Shown here: positions 57,696 to 64,000 of the stretch, piece after piece
How positions within the stretch are numbered: the first letter of the stretch is position 1
How the letters are laid out: every line of letters begins with the position of its first letter
NCBI GenBank assembly: GCA_964016885.1
Contig: OZ024746.1
Location: 14,198,001 to 14,262,000 of the forward strand
Reading direction: 5' to 3'
From: Eledone cirrhosa
Lineage: Eukaryota
Length of the DNA stretch: 64,000 nucleotides
Made by a program: the position numbers and the translations under genes
The notes under the pieces: generated by a model
What the model saw: the letters and a program-made list of their open reading frames with translations, nothing else
Told to the model about the DNA's origin: nothing
The model's database searches: none

Positions 57696-58500
57696 TCTGA
57701 ATATATATAAAATTAAGTATGTGTGTGTGTGTGTCTGTGTATTACCTATAGGGGCCTACATCTTACGACAGATTTTCATGAAACTTTACAGGCTTATAGA
57801 TTAGTCATCGGGGAGTGTTTTCTATATATCAGCGTATCGTTTTTTTTTTATTCCGGGGGTCATTCTGCAGATAAAAATAAGATGTTTGGCTCTAGCTCCC
57901 ACATTTTGCCACCGATTTCGTTTAAATTTTAAAGCAAAATAGAATTTATCATTGCACATCCTGTAATGGCTTTATGTTTTGCATTTGTTGTTCAGGGACG
58001 GCGTAGCAGCCGCTTAAATATTCAAAAATACCACTTTTAGACTCAAATTTCCACTATTTCGGCTCTAGCTCCCACATTAATCAACCGATTTCGTTCAAAT
58101 TAGAAACTTCGGTTCCACCTCACACATAAATCAATTTATTTGGTTCAACTTTTATACTACGATAGAACCTATCATTGCACATCTTATAGATGATCAAAGG
58201 CAAACCGATGGCCACTGACGTCGTCTGAGCTTTTAGTTGTGTATTTGATAATTCATCGGTTTCCAATCAAGTAGCGTAAGGAAATTTGGCTTAGTGTTAG
58301 AGGTAATTACCTCCCTCCCTCAGCATGCCCATTCGTCAGTCACCCGCGTTTCTCAGTGATAGAAGTCATCACCACCCTCCCCCGCATAGACTGTGTGTGG
58401 CCATAGATGAGTCATCGAGAAGCAGTCGCTAAGATCAACAACTTTTCATCAAAGCAGATATTATTTTACCTACCCAGGCAACGCTGGGTACTGCTGCTAG
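57696..58500 (+). mobile_element. Non-autonomous Helitron, second copy
   Basis: A|TC start, 3' hairpin ACCCAGGCAACGCTGGGT and CTAG|T end; homologous to 8029-8948. Confidence 0.82.
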
Positions 58501-58586
58501 TATATATGTTTATATATATATATGGGGGGGAGGGGCGCATTTGTATACGTGTGTTCGTGTCTGTATCAATGTTTATGTATAATATA

Positions 58587-59420
58587 TACGACGTTTGTCC
58601 CCAAAATAAGGGTACTGATGTCTTATTTAAATTTATATTAGACGTACATGAAATTACAAGTTATCTACTTCCATATACGACCCTTGGGACGTCACACAAC
58701 GGTTCCAACGATTTTCAATTGATCATAGCAGTACCGGAAGTCCTTTTTGTGAGTGTCCTAGCTCGTTGGTTACATAGTTTTGTATATTTTCCATAGTCCT
58801 AAAATGATAACCCTTTAACTTCGATTTAAACTTAAGAGGTAGAAATCACTCGAAACTAGATCTAGGCAGTTGGACGAATATGGAAGAGTGGGAATGTTTT
58901 TCTTCGCCAAAATTTCTCTAATTGAAAGTGATATGTAAATCGGCGCGTTATCGTGGGGCAGTACCCAATCTCCTGCAATGTCCTATCAGACTCGCTGGAT
59001 CCGTTTTCGATGTCATTCCAAGAAAGACATCTTTATAGAAGGTGCCATTAACAGTCTGTCTTCGAGGTAAATATTCTTTGTGAACAATGCCACGGCTATC
59101 GAAAAAAATGATAATCATCGTTTTCACCCAGGATCTGCTCATATGTGATTTTTTCGGACGAGGAGAATATTTTGTGTGCCACTCCTCATTTTACCGTTTT
59201 GTCTCTGGATCGTACTCGAAGACCCATGATTCATCCCCTTATTACTTTATCCAAGATATGTGGCTCAATTTTGAGTCTTTCTAGCAAAGCTTAACAAATT
59301 TCCAACTGGTTCGCTCTTTGCTCCAAAGACAAGTGTTTGGGGCACTAGCTTTGCACACATTTTTCGCATGTGCAAATGGTCTGTTAAAATTCTGTGAACT
59401 TTTGCAAACACCATCTCAGC
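58587..59420 (-). mobile_element. Decayed Tc1/mariner transposon
   Basis: Minus strand: EYDPETK...SRSWVKTMIIIFFDSRGIVHKEYLP..QTVNG.FY..V..HDNA; TA-TACGAC-type end at 58587. Confidence 0.85.
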
Positions 59421-60646
59421 TCGCAACACTTGCTTATTCTATTCAAAGGAACAACAGAGCTTGTTAGTATATTTTCTTCAATAATATATGATATCAGTTG
59501 CTTGTCTACCAACCTTGTTCCACTGAAAAGATGTGAAATATCCCTAAGAAAAAGATTGGCGTTACTTTCTTCAGGGTGAGTTTACATCCAGCTTGTTGAG
59601 AAACTCTTTTAAGTAGCTCAGTTTATTTTAGATATGAAGCTCAGTTTACAGACATATACACATTTTAATTTCAATGCAATGATTTAATAGTTTGTTCATT
59701 GATCGTGCTATCAATAGCCGTATTGCTTGACGCAAAAAGCCTTTTTTTTTTTTTTACAGAGCCATTTGTGATCGTGATATGTCTGCTGAATATTGATAAC
59801 TACTTTAGTTTTAGGTTGTCAACTGATGACGTCAAACAGCTAATATCAGTCATAAATATGTTCCAATTTTTATTTTAAAAAATACTTGTGGAACAAGGTG
59901 CACTGCTCCCAAATTATCATCTAAAACTGTTTATTTTTCTTTCTTAATGTTACATATCTCTTGAACATTACTGCTGAAATTAAAAGCTTGAATGTATTTT
60001 TGCTTTGTCCCCAGACAGTAAAGAGGCAACAATAATTGAAGCTGCAACTGTCACTACATTTATCACAAATGTGTTTTTCTATTTTCCGCTAGATGAATAA
60101 AAAATGATATTTCGCCTTTTTTGTTGCAAATATGGTTTACAATATAGTTTGTCAAAGGTTCTTTGATGATCAAGTAGCTTCAGCTAACTTTCAACCACAA
60201 ACTGGGTTACTGTATTAGCATCGTAACAGCAAATGTTGAACCTCATTTGGTGGCTGGTACCGTTGAGACTGGTTAATCTTTACCAATCCGTAATTATGCA
60301 AATCCTCTCCAATACAAATCATCCGCAATGCAAATTAAAGCAATGTCGAATATGGCATCTCTTAAGTAAACGATAACGCTAGTATTATGTTAGTTTACTT
60401 GAATATCAGCTACAGGCAATTGGGGAAGAGACTCCACATGTTTGCAAATGTTCTACAAAGAGGCTTCGGAGGTTTTGAATGTGATTGAGAAACATTTGCT
60501 TCCAAAATTGTTCTCCCCACTATTAACATTTTCTGGCAGGTGTTGCCTAAGAATATGTTTTCTAGAATAAAACAGATGTAACCATACACTGTTCGAATAT
60601 TGGCAACTGGTTTCGTCCGCTGACTTTATATGAAAGCATTCTTATA

Positions 60647-60870
60647 TACGAGGGAAAGTCAAACTTTATCCGCACTCTGGCACACCTTCTGACCAGAGAA
60701 ATCGGATCGCTGCTCTTTGTTCTTCCTTGGTGTATGTGTACACTGTAACAGCAGCAAGAAAACTGGTGCGATCAAGCTGAAACTTCGATCACGTAACCAC
60801 AATAGCACCAACTATAGGTATGCATGAGCAGAAGGCATTGTGATTAACCTAAATATATTTTATAGCGAAA
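60647..60870. mobile_element. Possible mariner-like terminal remnant
   Basis: TA-TACGAGGGAAAGTCAAA start; GCGGATAA-like complement near 60872; no ORF. Confidence 0.35.
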
Positions 60871-63800
60871 GTGAGGATAATTTTTCACTAACACTCATAG
60901 ATGAAATGAAATCTGCCGACTTTTCCAAAAGTGCAATCAAACCTATTGCTTTCAACAGGAACACATTTATTCCCTTCTGATCTTATTTGATGATAGAGAT
61001 GTAATATTACGGAATGTGAAAATAAAGAACACTGAGCGCTTGGCAAATTTAAAAAATATTAATATTTTCTATGGACATTTTCCTTTTGTATTATGTATAT
61101 AAAATATAGTGCAATATACTTTTTTTCCATTATCAAAATGGACACTGCGTTGTTAAGTGGATGGAAATCCTTGGTGTATTTTAAAAACAAAGCCTTGTTG
61201 CTCATTTGATCTCAATTTATATTTTCGGTAGTATTTTCTATCTTCAAAGCAAATGCAGCAACATAGAGACTTCGAGACACACAATAACCTCGCTACCGTA
61301 TGTTTATAAATAAACAGACGGTTGGCGATATTCACTTTCATGGCTTTCACTTGTATGAGGTTGTGTTTACATTAACAGCGATCATAAAACAAAACTGGTG
61401 CTGCTATTTATGTCTCTAGACTTATGAAGCCAACAAAATAAGTACCTGACTGAATTAAATGCACACAATAATCTATTAAAATTTCACCGTTTTAATTACT
61501 CCGTGAATTATATAAGAAACGTAGACAAAGACTTTTTAATGGTCTTCATGATAAACAAGAATTTTAGTTTTTATATTTTCAACATTTCTATAAAGATTAT
61601 TCTACCTGAATATGCAACATATAATTATCCATGAGAGGACCAGTTCGGCTAACCTCAACATCTAATTCCGTAATTTGTTGATGGTCATTGTGAAGCTTAG
61701 GCGCATTGGAATTTGGAGTCTCTTAAACTAAATAGTGGATCGGTACGAAATTTATACCGCAACGAAGAACCTTTACACAAAAAAAAACATTTCTAAACAA
61801 AGATTATTGAGTTTCGCTGTGGAGCTTATATGAAATCCTACGCTTGGAAATTGGTGTTTTATAGTTGTTTGTGATCACACATAGGTATTGTGCTGTGATA
61901 TTTAATCCTTCCAATTTTGCTTTAATCTGGAGCATCTAAGCCATTGTTGATTTTAACTTTAGCCCATGTCTCTATCTAACATTACAGGGCATTGGTTGTG
62001 GAGGGTTTTCTCTCTAGGGTCCGACCTGCTGGTAAATTTGCAACTGACTGAAAAATCATGGAATACAACACTCAACACAAAAATGTAGTTAGGCTATTTC
62101 AACTATGCTTTGCTAAAATAACAAAACGAATATTGTGTTAACTAAAATAATAGGCATAAAATATAATTTATATCAGTAAAATGAAAAAGTATTACCTGTT
62201 TAAATTAAGCTAAAATAACTAGAAGTTAAAAACACATACACAGTCTTTACTATTTTCCAAAGATTTTTACCTCCTTATACTATTTCATAAACGTCTCTTT
62301 GGCAGTAATTTGAATGCACTGATTATTGCATCGGTGATATTAACGCTAAATATGATATATATATACCTTATAATATGTATTAAATACCATTTTCATTGTT
62401 CGTATATTTACTTGCATAAATAATACAAAACATGCACATCTACACGCACACACACGCGCACATAACTATACATATATATGTACATATGTATAATGTAAAT
62501 AGAGTTATAATGAATGGCTTCTATTCATGTATATTTATGTATGCAAACACATCTACACATATACATAAGTGTATATATACCTGTGATTATGTATGTGTGT
62601 ATGTGTGTGAATATATGTGAATATATGTGAATACCTGTGATTATATATGTGTATATGTGTGTTTGTGCGCGCGCGTATGTGTGCGTGTGAGTGTATGTGT
62701 ATATATATATGTGTGCGTGTGTGAGTGTGTGTGTGTGTCCGTGTTAGCATGAATTTGTATTTACATCCATTCACATATTCCTTAACTAATACGCATATAT
62801 GCACTTACTTGTATATGCAACTAATATACAAGGAATCAGTTGAAGTTATATTTTGACAATTTTTTTTTATGGTGTATTTTACATCCTATCAAATCGTCTC
62901 ACCATATTTGGCATGGAACCCATTGGTATAGATGTTCAAGTACACCGGTTCTAGTTGTCAAAAATAAAAAATAAAATACATTGTTATAGCCAAATAGGAT
63001 AAAATAGCTTGAAGGTAAATGATAGAAACTATTTTCATAAACAACCTATATAATACATACATTTAACTTCATACACCATTTCATCAATGTTAAGATTCCT
63101 TAGGGCAAATATTTGGAATTACTCCGCTAAATAAGCTTTCAGAAAGATGTACTTCGAAAAGACAGAAAGAGTAAACACATAAAAACGCGCTGTGTTGGAA
63201 GAGAAATTAGTTTTAATGGTGTTTCGTTGAAATAAAGATATTTAGGTAATAACTAGTGCCAGAGAAAATATTTACTTATCTAAATGGGTTTACTATATTT
63301 ATTAATGTAACTTTTTATTAATATAACTTTTTATTAATGAAATCTTTCTCCAATAATTTTTATAAATGGATTTTGCTTTAAGTATATATAAGATATACAT
63401 TTGCAGATAAACAAGACATTAATTTTTTTTAGATGAAATATGATTACTTCTTTTTGTAGTTGTTTAGGCACAATCAGATCTAAATGAGCAGACCTATGGT
63501 CTAAGGCAATCTAAACATTGCCATTTCCTAATTTTTGTATATCAGAGACAACATTTTGGAATATATCCTTTTTTACTTAGCACTCCTGAGTGTGTTTTGT
63601 GGAAATGTTGCTGCTGCAGCTAGCAGCTCAAATGACCATATAAAGGAACTCGGCTTGTACTTAGCAGAGGTTGATTTAAACAACATTATTATAAAACTAT
63701 TATATCTAAATTATTAAAACATGTGTCGTTATTACAAAATACTAGTTTTTATCAATAAATTCTGACCAAAATTTTTAGATTATTAGCCAAAATCTAAAAG

Positions 63801-63915
63801 TTAAAGTATCAACAACTGATACAAGTAATAAATATCTACAGAAATATGTATACATATGTCCCAACATAAAACTATAGATTGTCAGTTGTATTATACATGC
63901 ACTCGAACCCATATG

Positions 63916-63948
<33 letters not shown>

Positions 63949-64000
63949 ACATATATGTATATGTATTGTAAGATCCTTTAGTATTGTGATGTAAGCATGC

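Noticed and set aside
60010-60600. Higher-complexity stretch that might be decayed coding sequence
   Set aside because: No sustained frame or recognisable motif on either strand.

Overview
AT-rich, repeat-saturated animal DNA, most consistent with an octopus/cephalopod intron or intergenic region: very long (TA)n/(CA)n/(GA)n arrays, about 17 copies of a tRNA-headed Deu/Nin-domain SINE, CORE-type SINEs, decayed RTE and restriction-like-endonuclease LINEs, a mariner relic, two non-autonomous Helitrons and a hATm-like relic. No intact protein-coding gene is evident, and most listed ORFs are microsatellite artefacts. One 93-nt phase-1 exon candidate lies at 4003-4095. The notable feature is the short unique sequences wedged between (TA)n arrays. 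More than 20 of them carry type I hammerhead-ribozyme (HHR) motifs (stem I - CUGANGA - stem II - GAAA - short, often palindromic stem III - NUH - stem I'), frequently followed by AATAAA and ending in (TA)n. They look like termini of Penelope-like elements or retrozyme-like derivatives from roughly ten families. Many are fold-back palindromes, and several are centred on HHR stem II, with the 5' half of the ribozyme replaced by an inverted copy of the 3' half. Some families carry repeated non-canonical cores (U3-A8 compensatory pair, U4A, U4C). All folds were read by eye; none was computed or tested.
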